The translations under genes and the position numbers were made by a program. Below, piece after piece: positions 14,921-29,745 of a DNA stretch of 64,000 nt; the stretch's first letter is position 1; each line of letters opens with the position of its first letter. This DNA is from Eledone cirrhosa (taxonomy: Eukaryota). The stretch lies in the NCBI GenBank assembly GCA_964016885.1, contig OZ024754.1, positions 32,550,001 to 32,614,000 on the forward strand, given 5' to 3'. The notes beneath the pieces are model-generated. The model did no database searches and had not been told where the DNA came from. It saw only the letters and a list, made by a program, of their open reading frames with translations.

Positions 14921-15712
14921 AACAATAACAGTACTATAGCGAGATCACCACCACCACCACCACCACCACCACCACCTCCACCAACAGTAACAGTACTATA
15001 GCGAGATCACCACCACCACCACCACCACCACCACCACCGACCACCACCACCACCACCACCACCACCACCAACAATAACAGTACTATAGCGAGATCACCAC
15101 CACACACCACCACCACCACCACCACCACCTCCACCAACAGTAACAGTACTATAGCGAGATCACCACCACCACCACCACCACCACCACCACCAACCACCAC
15201 CACCACCACCACCACCACCCCACCACCACCACCACCAACAATAACAGTACTATAGCGAGATCACCACCACCACCACCACCACCACCACCACCACCACCAC
15301 CACCACCACCACCACCACCACCAACAATAACAGTACTATAGCGAGATCACCACCACCACCACCACCACCACCACCACCACCACCACCACCACCACCAGCT
15401 CCACCAACAGTAACAGTACTATAGCGAGATCACCACCACCACCACCACCACCACCACCACCACCACCACCACCACCTCCACCACCAACCACCTCCACCAA
15501 CAGTAACAGTACTATAGCGAGATCACCACCACCACCACCACCACCACCACCACCACCACCACCACCACCACCATCACCAACCACCTCCACCAACAATAAC
15601 AGTACTATAGCGAGATCACCACCACCACCACCACCACCACCACCACCACCACCACCACCACCATCATCACCACCACCACTCCACCAACAGTAACAGTACT
15701 ATAGCGAGATTA
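14921..15712. repeat. Tandem array of 10 AACARTAACAGTACTATAGCGAGAT units separated by variable (CCA)n
   Basis: Ten copies counted. Confidence 0.92.
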
Positions 15713-15920
15713 CCACCACCACCACCTCCACACCATCATCACCACCACCGCCAACAACAACAACACCACCACCGCCAACAACAACAACACCACATTCACC
15801 AACAATAACAACAAGCAACAACAGGGTGTGTAAAACCAATATAATAATCTAAAATGTTTGTGTTTTTATATTTTTGTTTGTTTTAATAGAACTAGTCTTA
15901 TTTGTATCTGTGTTTGGATT

Positions 15921-16166
15921 TGTATGTATGTATATATGTGTGTATATATGTATGTATATATGTATGTATATATGTGTGTATATATGTATGTATATATGTG
16001 TGTATATATGTATGTATATATGTATGTATATATGTGTGTATATATGTATGTATATATGTATGTATATATGTGTGTATATATGTATGTATAGATGTATGTA
16101 TAGATGTATGTATATATGTGTGTATATATGTATATATGTATGTATATATGTGTGTATATATGTATG

Positions 16167-16199
<33 letters not shown>

Positions 16200-16826
16200 G
16201 TAATGTATATATGATTGTATATATGTGTGTATATATTTATGTATAGATGTATGTATATATGTGTGTATATATGTATGTATATATGTATGTATATATGTGT
16301 GGTATATATGTGTGTATATATGTATGTATAGATGTATGTATATATGTGTGTATATATGTATATATGTGTGTATATACGTATGTATATATGTATGTATATA
16401 TGTGTGTATATATGTATGTATATATGTGTGTATATATGTATGTATATATGTATGTATATATGTATGTATATATGTGGGTATAATATGTATGTATATATGT
16501 GTGTATATATGTATGTGTATATATGTATATATGTATGTATATATGTATGTATATATGTGTGTATATATGTATGTATATATGTATGTATATATGTGGGTAT
16601 ATATGTATGTATATATGTATGTATATATGTGTGTATATATGTATGTATATATGTATATATGTGTGTATATATGTATGTATATATGTATGTATATATGTGT
16701 GTATATATGTATGTATATATGTGTGTATATATGTATGTATTTATGTATGTATATATGTATGTATATATGTGGGTATATATGTATGTATATATGTGTGTAT
16801 ATATATGTATGTATATATGTATGTAT
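15921..16826. repeat. 12-bp TATATGTRTGTA-type satellite
   Basis: Direct reading. Confidence 0.92.
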
Positions 16827-16985
16827 TCGATCGTAGCACTGTTAGTTGCTATCGCGTGCGCGTGTGTGTGTGTAGATATGTTTATGTGTGTGCGTATATA
16901 TATATGTATGTATATTATTATTGTTGTTGTTGTTGTTATTATTATTGTTGTTATTATTATTATTATTATTATTATTGTTATTAAT

Positions 16986-17050
16986 GGTCGATAGAATAAA
17001 GTAATTTGCTGGCCTTGTGCCAAAAATAGAAACAATTATTATTATTATTG
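16986..17050 (+). mobile_element. SINE main family, 3' end with (TTA)n tail
   Basis: ggtcgatagaataaagtaatttgctggccttgtgccaaaaatagaaacaattatt. Confidence 0.75.
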
Positions 17051-17195
17051 TTATTAATATATGTGTGTGTATATATATATATATATATATTTTGTTTCTC
17101 GTACAATGGCCATACTCGATAACGAGGGGGGCAGCCATCATATATGTATATATATATATATTGTACGTACGTATGTATGTAAGTACGTACGTACG

Positions 17196-17229
<34 letters not shown>

Positions 17230-17827
17230 TGTATGTATGTATGTATGTATGTATGTATGTATGTATATAAGTACGTATGTATGTATGTATGTATGTATGT
17301 ATGTATGTATGTATGTATGTATGTATGTATGTATGTTTGTGTGAATGTATGGCATATTTGTGCGTATATACGTATAATGTATGTGCGTATGTACGTATGT
17401 TTCTCTGTATGTACGTACGTATGAATGTATGTATGCAAGTACGTACGCACGTACGTATGTATATATATGTATGTGCGTATGTATACAAGTACGTACGTAT
17501 GTATGTGTGTATGTAAGGGTTAAAGTGTAAGACTTATCTCCCTTGTCACAATTTGCCACTGTATTTCGAAGCTTCACTAATGTTTTTCTGTAATGTTTTA
17601 CATTATGCAAAACTGTTTGCAATGTTTGTTATATACGTTGTATTACTTGTTATTGTTTGTGGGGTTAGTTTTATATTTGCCAAGATCGTCATCCAATATT
17701 CTCGACCACTTCATGTGACCTGAAATAAATAAATATACAAATTATCTGATCTAATAAGGAAACAAGAAAGAAAGAAAGAAGGATAAAAAAACAAAACAAA
17801 CAAACAAACCCCCTCGCATCTATCTTT

Positions 17828-17874
<47 letters not shown>

Positions 17875-17878
17875 CTTT

Positions 17879-17925
<47 letters not shown>

Positions 17926-18163
17926 CTCTTCCTTACTCTCTCATACACGCACAAATCCTTTCTCTTTCACACACACAAACTCTTTCTCTCTCTCTTTCCC
18001 CGCAAACACACACTCAAACTCTTTCTTTCTTTCACTCTCTCTCTCTCACACACACACAAAGTCTCTCCTCTCCCATACACACATATTCTTTTTCTCTCTC
18101 ACACACACAAACTCTTTCTTTCGTTCACTCTCTCAAACACAAAATCTTTTTCTTACACACACA

Positions 18164-18232
<69 letters not shown>

Positions 18233-18508
18233 CATTCTTTCTCTCACACAAAACTTTCTCTCTCTCTCTCTTTTTCTCTCTCTCACAATCTCTTTCTTTC
18301 TCTCTCGCTTTCACTCACACACAAAGCCCCTTTCACCTCACACACATTCTCTCTCTCGCACACAAACTCTTTCTTTCTCTCACTCTCACACACACAAACT
18401 CTTACTTTCTGTCTCTCACACATGCTCAGCGTCTTTCTCTCTGTTGTTCTTTCTCTCTCAAATGCACTCTCTTTCTCACTCTCAGACGCACACACACACA
18501 CACACTCG

Positions 18509-18590
<82 letters not shown>

Positions 18591-18591
18591 A

Positions 18592-18662
<71 letters not shown>

Positions 18663-18991
18663 TAGCGGTTTCTCTCTTAAATGGGCTGTCTCTCTCAAAC
18701 TCTTAGACGCGCACACACACACACGCGTACACACACACACGCGTACACACACACACGCGTACACACACACACACACTCTCTCTTTGTAGCTATTTCTCTC
18801 TCAAATGCGCTCTCTCTCACATTCACAGACGCACGGATACATACTCTCTCTGACGCACGCACATTCTCTCTTACTCTGTCTCTGTCTCTCTCGTCCACTC
18901 TCTCTCGCTCTCACTCTCTCTTACTCTCTCTTTCTCTCTGTCTCTAGCTCTCTCTTACTCTGTCTCTCTCTCCAGCTCTCTCTAGCTCTGT

Positions 18992-19191
18992 NNNNNNNNN
19001 NNNNNNNNNNNNNNNNNNNNNNNNNNNNNNNNNNNNNNNNNNNNNNNNNNNNNNNNNNNNNNNNNNNNNNNNNNNNNNNNNNNNNNNNNNNNNNNNNNNN
19101 NNNNNNNNNNNNNNNNNNNNNNNNNNNNNNNNNNNNNNNNNNNNNNNNNNNNNNNNNNNNNNNNNNNNNNNNNNNNNNNNNNNNNNNNNNN
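18992..19191. other. Assembly gap (200 N)
   Basis: Run of N. Confidence 1.
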
Positions 19192-20281
19192 GTTGAGGAA
19201 AGACAAGAATAAGAAAGAAACGTGAGGGAAGGAGAATGGAAAAGAAAAAAATTGGGAATGAAAATAAGTATATACATGCATATATACATATATATTATAT
19301 ATATATATATACATACATAGATTCATACATTCATACATACATATATAACATTCTTACACCCATACATAAATACATACATACACACATACATACATGCATA
19401 CTTACGTAGATCGTTAGATAGATACATACATAAATACATACATACACACATACACACATGCATACTTACGTAGATTACATACACACAATCATACATTCAT
19501 ACATACATACATACACACATACATACATGCATACTTACGTAGATAGATAGATTAGGATGCATACATAAATACATACATACACACGTAATGGTGGGACGTG
19601 GATATATAGATATTTGAAGAACTAAAGAATAGATTTGAATGTTTGGTAAGGGGCTTGTGAGGGGCTGTAAGGGGCTGTGAGGTTTGGGTTGGGAATATTT
19701 AGGATGTTTAGGATTCATCAATTGTCTCGTGGAAAGGGGATCTTGTCTATTGAGAGAATTAACCAGTTTTCATCGTAATGAATGCACGTATGTATAAGTG
19801 TATATATATATTATATGGATGAATGTATGTATGTATGTGTGTAGGTATGCATGCATATATATATAATATATATTATATATATATATAGAGAGAAGAGAGA
19901 GAGAGATATTTATTATATATATCATATACATATATACATATACATATATATATTATATATATATATTATATATGTACATACTCACACCATATTATATATA
20001 TATATATATATTATATTTATATAATATATTATATAATATATATTATATAATATATATATGTATAGTAACATATACATATATGTATACATATATATATATA
20101 TGTATTTACATTACATAATACATATATACATTTATACATATATACATATATAATATATATATGTGCATACACACACCATATATATATATATGTATATACA
20201 TATATATTATATTATATATAATGTACTATACATATTACATATACATACAATATACACACACAACACACACGACATATATTA

Positions 20282-20313
<32 letters not shown>

Positions 20314-20624
20314 GTATGTATGTATATATATTAATATATATGCAAAGTACTAAAATATATGAATATATAGCTCTATATCTATACAAAAACAAGTACGCAC
20401 ACACCCATCTCCACACGGGCACGTCCACATATATGTATGCATAATGATTTTATATACAACTATGAATAAATATATGATACAGTATATCAGTATATATATA
20501 TATGTATATCAATATATAAATATTATACATACAATACACAAACACACATATAATATATGAATATAAACAAATATATATATATATATATATATGCATGTAT
20601 AATATAAATATATATATATATATA

Positions 20625-20678
<54 letters not shown>

Positions 20679-21002
20679 CATACATAGAAGCAAACGAAAA
20701 GAAATTATTTCACAAAAAAAATTAAAATATGATCAATATAAAAACAATACAAAAATACACATAGCCCCCACAACTGATAGCAGAAATATAAATATATAAA
20801 TAGAAACAACAACAAGATTGACAATAACAACATAGAAATATCTTATAACCTAAAATGGCGTCAGATCTTAAGAATAGTTTATATCAATTTGTATCAGCAG
20901 ACGATCTCTCTCGATCGTAGCCTTCGTCTTTTTGTTCAGTTGCATGTAGAAAGATATACGCTTTGATGCACGTGGACACGTAAGCTCACAGGCATACACA
21001 CA

Positions 21003-21105
<103 letters not shown>

Positions 21106-21260
21106 CACGTGAACTACAGAAACACATAAGGCAGGCGCACATAAATGAATATTTAAGTTTGCAAGAATTGTCAACATGAATGGACCTATTATTTTTATCT
21201 AAAGACATTTATTCCAATTCCATCCCGCCCGTCCCCTTAAATCTAATTTATTTCTCATTA

Positions 21261-21300
21261 TTTCATCTGATGAAGGACTAGCGTCCGAAACGTTAAGACC
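21261..21300 (+). ncRNA. Minimal hammerhead motif
   Basis: CTGATGA 21267-21273, GGAC-TAGC-GTCC stem II, GAAA, palindromic AACGTT; stem I poorly paired. Confidence 0.6.
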
Positions 21301-21450
21301 CTCTTCCTGGTATATCAAGCGTTAACCTAATATATACCTTTCCATATACTGTACCGATTGTGTTGTTATTTCTGGTTTACCGTTTACATATATATATATA
21401 TATATTTTGTTTCGTACTGGCTCTCTGTTTTGTTCCCGTTCCATTTTTCC

Positions 21451-21492
<42 letters not shown>

Positions 21493-21634
21493 ATATATAA
21501 TATATATATATATATGCGATGAAATATCAATGATGGTTGGAAAATCACTGACGAAGGACTAATTTTATCATATGTAACCCATGTGCAACCACGCAGTATT
21601 CTTCTTTCTTCTCATGTTTTATATATATATAATA

Positions 21635-21676
<42 letters not shown>

Positions 21677-21780
21677 AAAGGTAAACAGAAATAACAACAC
21701 AATCGGTACAGTATATGGAAGGTATATATATATATATATATATATGTAAAAGATAAACAGAGATATATATATCAAGTTTA

Positions 21781-22138
21781 ATATAGAAATGGCTTCTAAA
21801 CATTCCTGGTGATTTCTTTGAATGAAACAGTTCTGGTCATCTTGAAACTATTTCTATATTAAACACTCTACTAATTTATTGAGTACCTTACTAATTGTAG
21901 GTACCTCCGATTTATCCCGGGACTCATATATATATATATGTATAGTTTTTTGGAATATAGAAATGGCTTCTACAGGACTAGAACTGTTTCATTCTAAGGA
22001 AATCATCAGGAAAGCCATGATGATTTCCTTCGAATGAAACAGTTCTAGTCATGTAGAAGCCATTTCTATATTAGAAATTTATACTCTGTTATGTTTTGAG
22101 TACCTTACTTACTGTGGTTACCCCCGATTGAACCCGGG

Positions 22139-22140
<2 letters not shown>
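21781..22140. mobile_element. Two tandem copies of hairpin element family G (palindrome 21954-22072; first copy centrally deleted)
   Basis: aatatagaaatggcttc...gaagccatttctatatt; minus strand 21965-22016 carries CTGATGA..GAAA..GTC; shared tail gagtaccttact..ccggga. Confidence 0.8.
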
Positions 22141-22194
<54 letters not shown>

Positions 22195-22359
22195 GACTGT
22201 GGTTATAAATTGAGTCATATAAACATTCTTATAGCCTTGCTATAAGAAGTGGTGAATGTCATCACTGGTCTTTAGCAACAAAAGCAACCACTCTAACGGC
22301 TGTTATTGGTTCGTTAACCGTGTCCCTCACACACACACACACATATCACACACACACAT

Positions 22360-22391
<32 letters not shown>

Positions 22392-22543
22392 GATATTAAC
22401 AATATTAATAAAGGTAAAGTATTCTCCATTTATTAATATTGTTAATATTAATAATACTCCAGAAAAATCCTGTAGAGTGCTTCAAATCTGTTATAAAATT
22501 AACTCTGTTGAATAATAATCAACAAACCATATAACTCATTCTT

Positions 22544-22636
<93 letters not shown>

Positions 22637-22640
<4 letters not shown>

Positions 22641-22827
22641 GTTTCTACATTAGGCACAATGCCAGCAAATACTCAGTGTATTACTGGTACTTTATTTTAT
22701 CGACTCCGTAAGGATGAAAGGCAAAGTTAACCTCGGCGGGATTTGAACTCAGAAGGGCAAGGGCCGTAAATCTATGCGTCAAAGCATGGCGTCCGACCCT
22801 CTACCGATACTGCCAATCCACCGCCCT
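22637..22827 (-). mobile_element. SINE main family, full length
   Basis: Head ggcggtggattggcagtatcggtagagggtcggacgcc, B box, core, tail. Confidence 0.92.
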
Positions 22828-22859
22828 TATATATATATAATGAAATGCAAAGTTGGTAT

Positions 22860-23420
22860 TGGTTAATAATATTTAACAAGTATTTGTTAATACTTAGGGA
22901 AATTATGCGTAGAAAAGAATTATGCAATTAGTAAATTTGTTTACTCTTACAATTCAATAGTTGATATTTTGGGTAAATCCTGCTTCTATAATTTTCTGTA
23001 GACTAGTTGCTATTTCGTAGTTTTCAGCGGTAAATGATTAACGATTATTTTTTACATGAAGAATAATACCATTCTTAGATTTTACGAATTGGTTGTTATC
23101 ATTTAGTATGGTGTTAATTTTTCAGACAAGCAATAAATTGCTCTTATATCACCTCCATATTACGACTTAGTCGTTGTTTTCTAAATCGTGTAGAGTTTGT
23201 TTGGGTTAAGTACCATTTTATGGCTGTATGCCTATCTATGTTTATGACTTTCGTCTCGTAGAGTGTGTTTAAGTTTATCGCCTCTATTATATGAGTTTTC
23301 TTTCTTCTTTAACGCCAAGGTGGTCTTCTTTATTATCCACCATAGCTTAGGTAACTGAACAACTCTATTTCTAGTTGTAAATTTAAGAATAAGAAATAAC
23401 GTATACGTCTATTAGAAGAT
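22860..23420 (-). pseudogene. Degenerate Penelope-like RT N-terminal region, inverted relative to 23430-23615
   Basis: Minus-strand peptides DKLKHTLRDESHKHR and NTILNDNNQFVK resemble the PLE pre-RT region; many stops. Confidence 0.45.
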
Positions 23421-23429
23421 TCTAGAGTA

Positions 23430-23615
23430 AAACAGCTGTGAATGCCTACATATGTATGGAGATAGTGAATGTCCACAAAGATGTAAAACGAGAGTTATAA
23501 AATCTTTACATAAAGAAGCACAATAGACATAAATCAAGAGAATAAAACAAGAGTTGGTCAATAACGGAAATTGAAATACTTTAGTACACGAACTATAGAA
23601 GAAATTCATCTCAAT
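23430..23615 (+). pseudogene. Degenerate Penelope-like RT thumb region
   Basis: One frame reads ECL..GDSECPQRCKTRVIKSLHKEA..IKRIKQELVNNG.NTLVHEL.KKFI, matching the PLE SECP..K..VI..L..RA / RIKQ.LVNNGY pattern. Confidence 0.75.
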
Positions 23616-24424
23616 AAATACAACACACAAAGTCCAGTAAAAAAACAACAACAACAAAAACAAGCAATATAAAACGTATATTATATAAAATAAACATTAT
23701 AGTTGCAGATTAACTGAAAATGTTAGAAAAAAAAAAAGCGTTTCAAATAGAGAACATTCGTTATAGCCGATCATAAACGGGTATTAATAATATATTAGGA
23801 AAATACACGAATTAAAAATCTCTCTCGTTACTAACAAACCATAAACCACAAAATGAATTCCTAAAGTTTAATGAAAGCATGAAAGTTGTAATTTTCAGAA
23901 CTCAAAATCTTATATTCGATACATAAGTACAGCAATTATGGTCTGTGTATAATAATATGACATGCCATACCATGGGGCCTTGACAACCGGTAGAATCATA
24001 GTGTGCAGCAGAACTGATATACTTTGGCATTTAAACTTGGCAGATTCAATCCTTCTCCACGTCTACACAGAGAAGGCTGTATATAATATAAAAAGTGATG
24101 TGCTCATGTTGGGAGATGCTATAAAAATTGTTTATAAGATCGAGAGAAGACCCTTTAGGACGGACGAAAGAAGTTGCCACCGGTTGCTATATGCATATAT
24201 ACCTTTTCGGTTATATACATATATACCTTTTCAATGCTCAGAGAGTAGGATTGGTCGAGTGCAAGGCCTTTCACAACTTAAAAATCCTTCAAAGCACAGG
24301 CATTGCTTGTTCAGGATCGTGCGGCTGGCTGTAGCCTAAAGGTACACCATTTTCTGAAATCTGAAAAGCGATTGCAATACTCTTAGCAGAGTTTGCAGCT
24401 AACATATATGTATATATAATATGG

Positions 24425-24520
24425 AACTAGCTGTTGAAACGACAAGAGCTCAGTCGTCGGGGTCCCGACTCTTTCATATTACCACCTTCTACTACCCCAA
24501 GTATCGAGTAGTCTGGTCAG
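24425..24520 (+). mobile_element. Diverged family C arm
   Basis: tagctgttgaaacgacaagagctcagtcgtcggggtcc..ctactaccccaagtat. Confidence 0.75.
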
Positions 24521-24624
24521 TAATGACCTAACAGGTTTTAACACCATCCATTTTGGCAGCGAGATGAAGAGACCTGGCTTAAACTTCGAAGTCACTGCCA
24601 ATAGTGTATGTGATTCATTGAATT

Positions 24625-24733
<109 letters not shown>

Positions 24734-24757
24734 CAATTATATATATATTAATACAAT

Positions 24758-24791
<34 letters not shown>

Positions 24792-25054
24792 TAAAAGATA
24801 ATATTAAATATTATCCAGTTAGCAGTATGAGAGTAGCACAATGTAAAATAACAAATATAATAGACAACCGGAATACTTTCCTCTCTTACATCAAGTTAAT
24901 ATCTATTATTTCTGCTTTCTTCCCAAATGCGGTGTCCCCAGAATGTTCTTTGACAAGGTTATGTGTGATCTAACTTTTGATTTATACTCCGATGTAACTG
25001 GCTTTGGGCTTGGATGAAACGATCGTTTGTAATTAAATATTATTAAACACTAAA

Positions 25055-25195
<141 letters not shown>

Positions 25196-25631
25196 AGGCG
25201 GAGAATAGAATGACACAGAGAAGTGAGAGAGAGAGAACGTATAGAGGAAGAGAAAGGAAACGAATGGAGGGAAGAGTTAAATTAGATACACAGTAAATAT
25301 ATGTATAAAAAAAGGGGAGAATCTAAGAGTGAAATAGTAAGATATAAAGATGGAGTAGGTGAAATAAATAAAGTGTAAAGAGAGGTAAATTACAGGGGGA
25401 GATAACACGTTCAGTTGCAATGAGGAAAATGTACATTTAAAGACTCAAACACACACATATGTACAAATACACACAGACAGGCAACGATACAGAGAGAGAG
25501 AGAGGGGGGAGGGGGAGGGAGAGAGAGAGAGAGAGCGGGGGCTATAGGGGGTAATGGGAAAGACAGAGGGGTGAGGAAGAAAACGAAAGAAAAATGACAG
25601 TGCAAACAGAAAGTAAAACTATTTGAATATA

Positions 25632-25775
<144 letters not shown>

Positions 25776-25826
25776 TACACGCACACTTATGCATAAGTAT
25801 ATAAATATAATATATGTTTATGTGCA

Positions 25827-25867
<41 letters not shown>

Positions 25868-26027
25868 ATACTATATATGTGTATGAGTATGTATATATAT
25901 GCATATATATATATATATACATATAAATACTATATATGTGTATGAGTATGCATATATATGCATATATATATATATATATATACATATATATATAAATATA
26001 TATATATATATAAATATATATATATAC

Positions 26028-26058
<31 letters not shown>

Positions 26059-26554
26059 CATACACACCCACATACACACACAAACACACACATATATATA
26101 TATATATATATATGACGTTTATATTCGTACATTATTAGCTCTAATATGAAATAATGAATTATAAAATAAAGAAATATCATCACTCTTTTCCCTCCTCTCC
26201 TTCCTCCACCATTCTCCTTCCTCCACCCTTCTCCATCCTACCACCTCCTCCTTCCTCCTCCAACACCGGTGCCTTTAACCATCGTTTCTTTCTTTCGCCA
26301 TCAGCTATATATCAGAATATCAGGTATGTCGCCAAGTGTCCACTTGATTGAGTATGGCCCGCAGCTATATTCCAGTGATGGATGCATGCTTTAAAAAACA
26401 ATGGAAGTCCGATGATTGTGGAAGCATTTCTCTCTGTTCTATGCTTCATACAGGATATGGAATTCTATTGAAAGTTATCGTATATGCCTCGCCACACACA
26501 GCAGATTATATATATATATATATATATATATATGGATATATGTATGTATGTATA

Positions 26555-26587
<33 letters not shown>

Positions 26588-26604
26588 ATATATATATATG
26601 TATG

Positions 26605-26637
<33 letters not shown>

Positions 26638-26782
26638 ATATGTATGTATATATGCATATACATATGTATATGTCTGTATATATATATAATGCATATATAT
26701 ATATATATGTATGTATATATATATATATATGCATATATATATCTATATATATATATGCATATATATATATAATATATATGCA

Positions 26783-26816
<34 letters not shown>

Positions 26817-26822
26817 TATATA

Positions 26823-26879
<57 letters not shown>

Positions 26880-26910
26880 ATATATATATATGTATGTATA
26901 TATATATATA

Positions 26911-26946
<36 letters not shown>

Positions 26947-27030
26947 TATATATATGTATATATGTATGTATGTATATATATATATATATGCATATATATA
27001 TATATATATGCATATATATATGTATATATG

Positions 27031-27062
<32 letters not shown>

Positions 27063-27127
27063 TATATATATATATATATATACGTATGTATATATATATA
27101 TATATATATATACATACGTATATATAC

Positions 27128-27188
<61 letters not shown>

Positions 27189-27274
27189 TGCATAAATATT
27201 ATATATATATGTATATATATGTATATATATATGTATATAAATGTATATATAAGTATATATATATGTATGTATAA

Positions 27275-27307
<33 letters not shown>

Positions 27308-27550
27308 GATAGCGTATATGTATGTTATATGCATATATATATATATACACAATATACATATATATTTACATATAATACACATAAAGGCACACACTCGCAC
27401 ACACATACGCATACAATCACCACACACAGAAACGTAACCCGAAACTGTAGGCTTACATGAATGAACAACCACCAAGTTATACATACGTGCTGGCACACAC
27501 GTGCACATACAGACATAAACACATACTCTTCCATACATATATATATATTT

Positions 27551-27734
27551 GGGAAAGATTCAGGACCCCGACGGCTGAGCTCCGGCCTTTTCGAGAGCTA
27601 AATACGGATCTAGCTGTCGAAACGGCCGGAGTTTACAATCGGGGTCCTGACTCTTTTCCTATTACCCACTCTACTACCTTAAGTATTGAGCACTCTGGTG
27701 CGTTATGGTCCACCTGGTATCTTACCACACCCTG

Positions 27735-27737
<3 letters not shown>
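27551..27737. mobile_element. Family C hairpin element (diverged palindrome plus tail)
   Basis: caggaccccga...tcggggtcctg then attacccactctactacc tail. Confidence 0.8.
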
Positions 27738-27776
<39 letters not shown>

Positions 27777-27819
27777 TATATATATATATATATTGTGTGT
27801 GGGCGCGTATGTCTATGTA

Positions 27820-27910
27820 GTTGCGACCGACAGATAGTATTAGCAATTGGAAAGACCAACGGAAACATCGTTTCCTCGGTCCGATTTGACGAAAGTCGAT
27901 CGACTGACGA
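27820..27910 (-). mobile_element. Family F repeat
   Basis: Reverse complement of 11072-11165. Confidence 0.78.
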
Positions 27911-27955
27911 TATATATAATATATATATATACTATATATATATATATATATATAT

Positions 27956-28047
27956 GTAGGAGGTGAGTTTTATTGTAGTACAATAAAGCAATGCAGATAT
28001 CGGATAAGAAGCACTCTACAGTTTGTAGAACTGGAGTATACATAATA

Positions 28048-28050
<3 letters not shown>
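27956..28050 (-). mobile_element. Family B tail only
   Basis: gtaggaggtgagttttattgtagtacaataaagc..., as at 4111. Confidence 0.88.
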
Positions 28051-28095
<45 letters not shown>

Positions 28096-28120
28096 ATATA
28101 TATATATATTATATATATAT

Positions 28121-28311
28121 GAAAAAGTTTAACCCCGGCGGGCAGAACTCAAGCCGTTTCGACGGCTATTTCTGGACTGAAATAGCCGTGGAAACGTCTT
28201 TAGCTCTGCCGTCGGGGTTAAACTTTTTCCTATTACCCACTCTACTACCCAAAGTATTGAGTACTCTGGTGCGTAATGGTCCATGTGGTTCCTTGCCACA
28301 CCTCCTTCGTT
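28121..28311. mobile_element. Family C hairpin element (palindrome 28121-28230 plus tail)
   Basis: gaaaaagtttaacccc...ggggttaaactttttc, apex tatttc-tggact-gaaata. Confidence 0.85.
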
Positions 28312-28330
28312 ATATATATATATATAGGGT

Positions 28331-28580
28331 AAAAAGATGAAATCGAAAATGCAACAGAAGTCTTTTTTAAAAAAATATATATTCATTTGGTTCCTTTACC
28401 GGTTTCGCAGTTCTGCTTTTCAAAAGTAGAATTGAGATGGAAGGTTTGTGGTTTTTCTCACAAACCATCCACCTCAATTCTACATTTGACAAACAAGAAC
28501 TGGGAAACCGGTAAAGGAACCAAATAAATATATATTTAAAAAAATAGAGACTAATGTTGCATCTTCGATTTCATCTTTTT
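28331..28580. mobile_element. Diverged 250-bp palindrome with decayed hammerheads on both arms
   Basis: Minus 28393-28426 reads CTT-TTGAAAA-GCAGAACTGC-GAAA-CCGGTA-AAGG; the right arm keeps GAAACCGGTAAAGG. Confidence 0.7.
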
Positions 28581-28629
28581 TCTTTATACTTTAACTCGTG
28601 CAGGACACCTCCTTTTTCTTTTCATTTTG

Positions 28630-28641
28630 TAAAAAAACCTC

Positions 28642-28686
<45 letters not shown>

Positions 28687-28716
28687 GTATATATATATAT
28701 AGGTATATATATATAT

Positions 28717-28763
<47 letters not shown>

Positions 28764-28800
28764 TATATATATATATATATATATTTATAAAAAACCTCAC

Positions 28801-28881
<81 letters not shown>

Positions 28882-28918
28882 TATATATATATATATATAT
28901 ATTTATAAAAAACCTCAC

Positions 28919-28969
<51 letters not shown>

Positions 28970-29008
28970 TATATATATATATATATATATATTTATAAAA
29001 AACCTCAC

Positions 29009-29015
<7 letters not shown>
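28630..29015. repeat. Four tandem units of taaaaaacctcactt plus (TA)n
   Basis: Direct reading. Confidence 0.85.
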
Positions 29016-29087
<72 letters not shown>

Positions 29088-29113
29088 ATTTACATATATA
29101 TATACATATATAT

Positions 29114-29306
29114 ATAGGAACGAGTAGGACCCCGACAGCTGAGCTCAAGCCGTTTCGACGGCTAATTCTGGACCCAGAATTAGCCGTCGAAACGGCTTGA
29201 GCTCAGCCGTCGGGGTCCTACTCGTTCCTATTACCCACTCTACTACCCCAAGTATTGAGTACTTTGGTGCGTTATGGTCCATCTGGTTCCTTACCACATT
29301 TCCTTC

Positions 29307-29309
<3 letters not shown>
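29114..29309. mobile_element. Family C hairpin element, near-perfect 118-bp palindrome plus tail
   Basis: One mismatch between arms; each arm has GAAA-CGGCT-TGAGCTC-AGCYG-TC-GGGGTCC. Confidence 0.9.
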
Positions 29310-29347
<38 letters not shown>

Positions 29348-29352
<5 letters not shown>

Positions 29353-29538
29353 ATTAAATAAATGGAAACTATATTTATAAAACCATATTGAAATATATAT
29401 AATGAAATAAATATGGTTTTATAAATATAGTTTCCATTTATTTAATATTGTAAATATACTCCAAATATTTGTCGAGTGCTTTTATATCAGTTATAAATAT
29501 TTACTAGTTGTAACCCAACAATTTAAATATAACTTTCC

Positions 29539-29540
<2 letters not shown>
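29348..29540 (+). mobile_element. Family A element, collapsed hairpin retaining the hammerhead 3' half
   Basis: tacaatattaaataaatggaaac...gaaatatatataatgaaata...tttaatattgta plus tail shared with 1812-1890 and 55735-55815. Confidence 0.8.
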
Positions 29541-29573
<33 letters not shown>

Positions 29574-29708
29574 GGTATATATATATTAGTTTTGCGAGGT
29601 TTTTTATATGAAATCGTGTGTCGAAACAAATATTGTTATACTTGGGGAGGGTCATATTTGTGTAATATTGCCAGAATTAATAACAGAACACACTCGCTGT
29701 TTGGTTGG

Positions 29709-29745
<37 letters not shown>

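Noticed and set aside
14921-15712. CRISPR array
   Set aside because: Spacers are (CCA)n rather than unique sequence, there are no cas genes and the context is eukaryotic
23962-24400. 125-aa ORF as a host gene
   Set aside because: No recognisable domain; contains a local duplication and may be a decayed LINE, but the similarity is too weak to call
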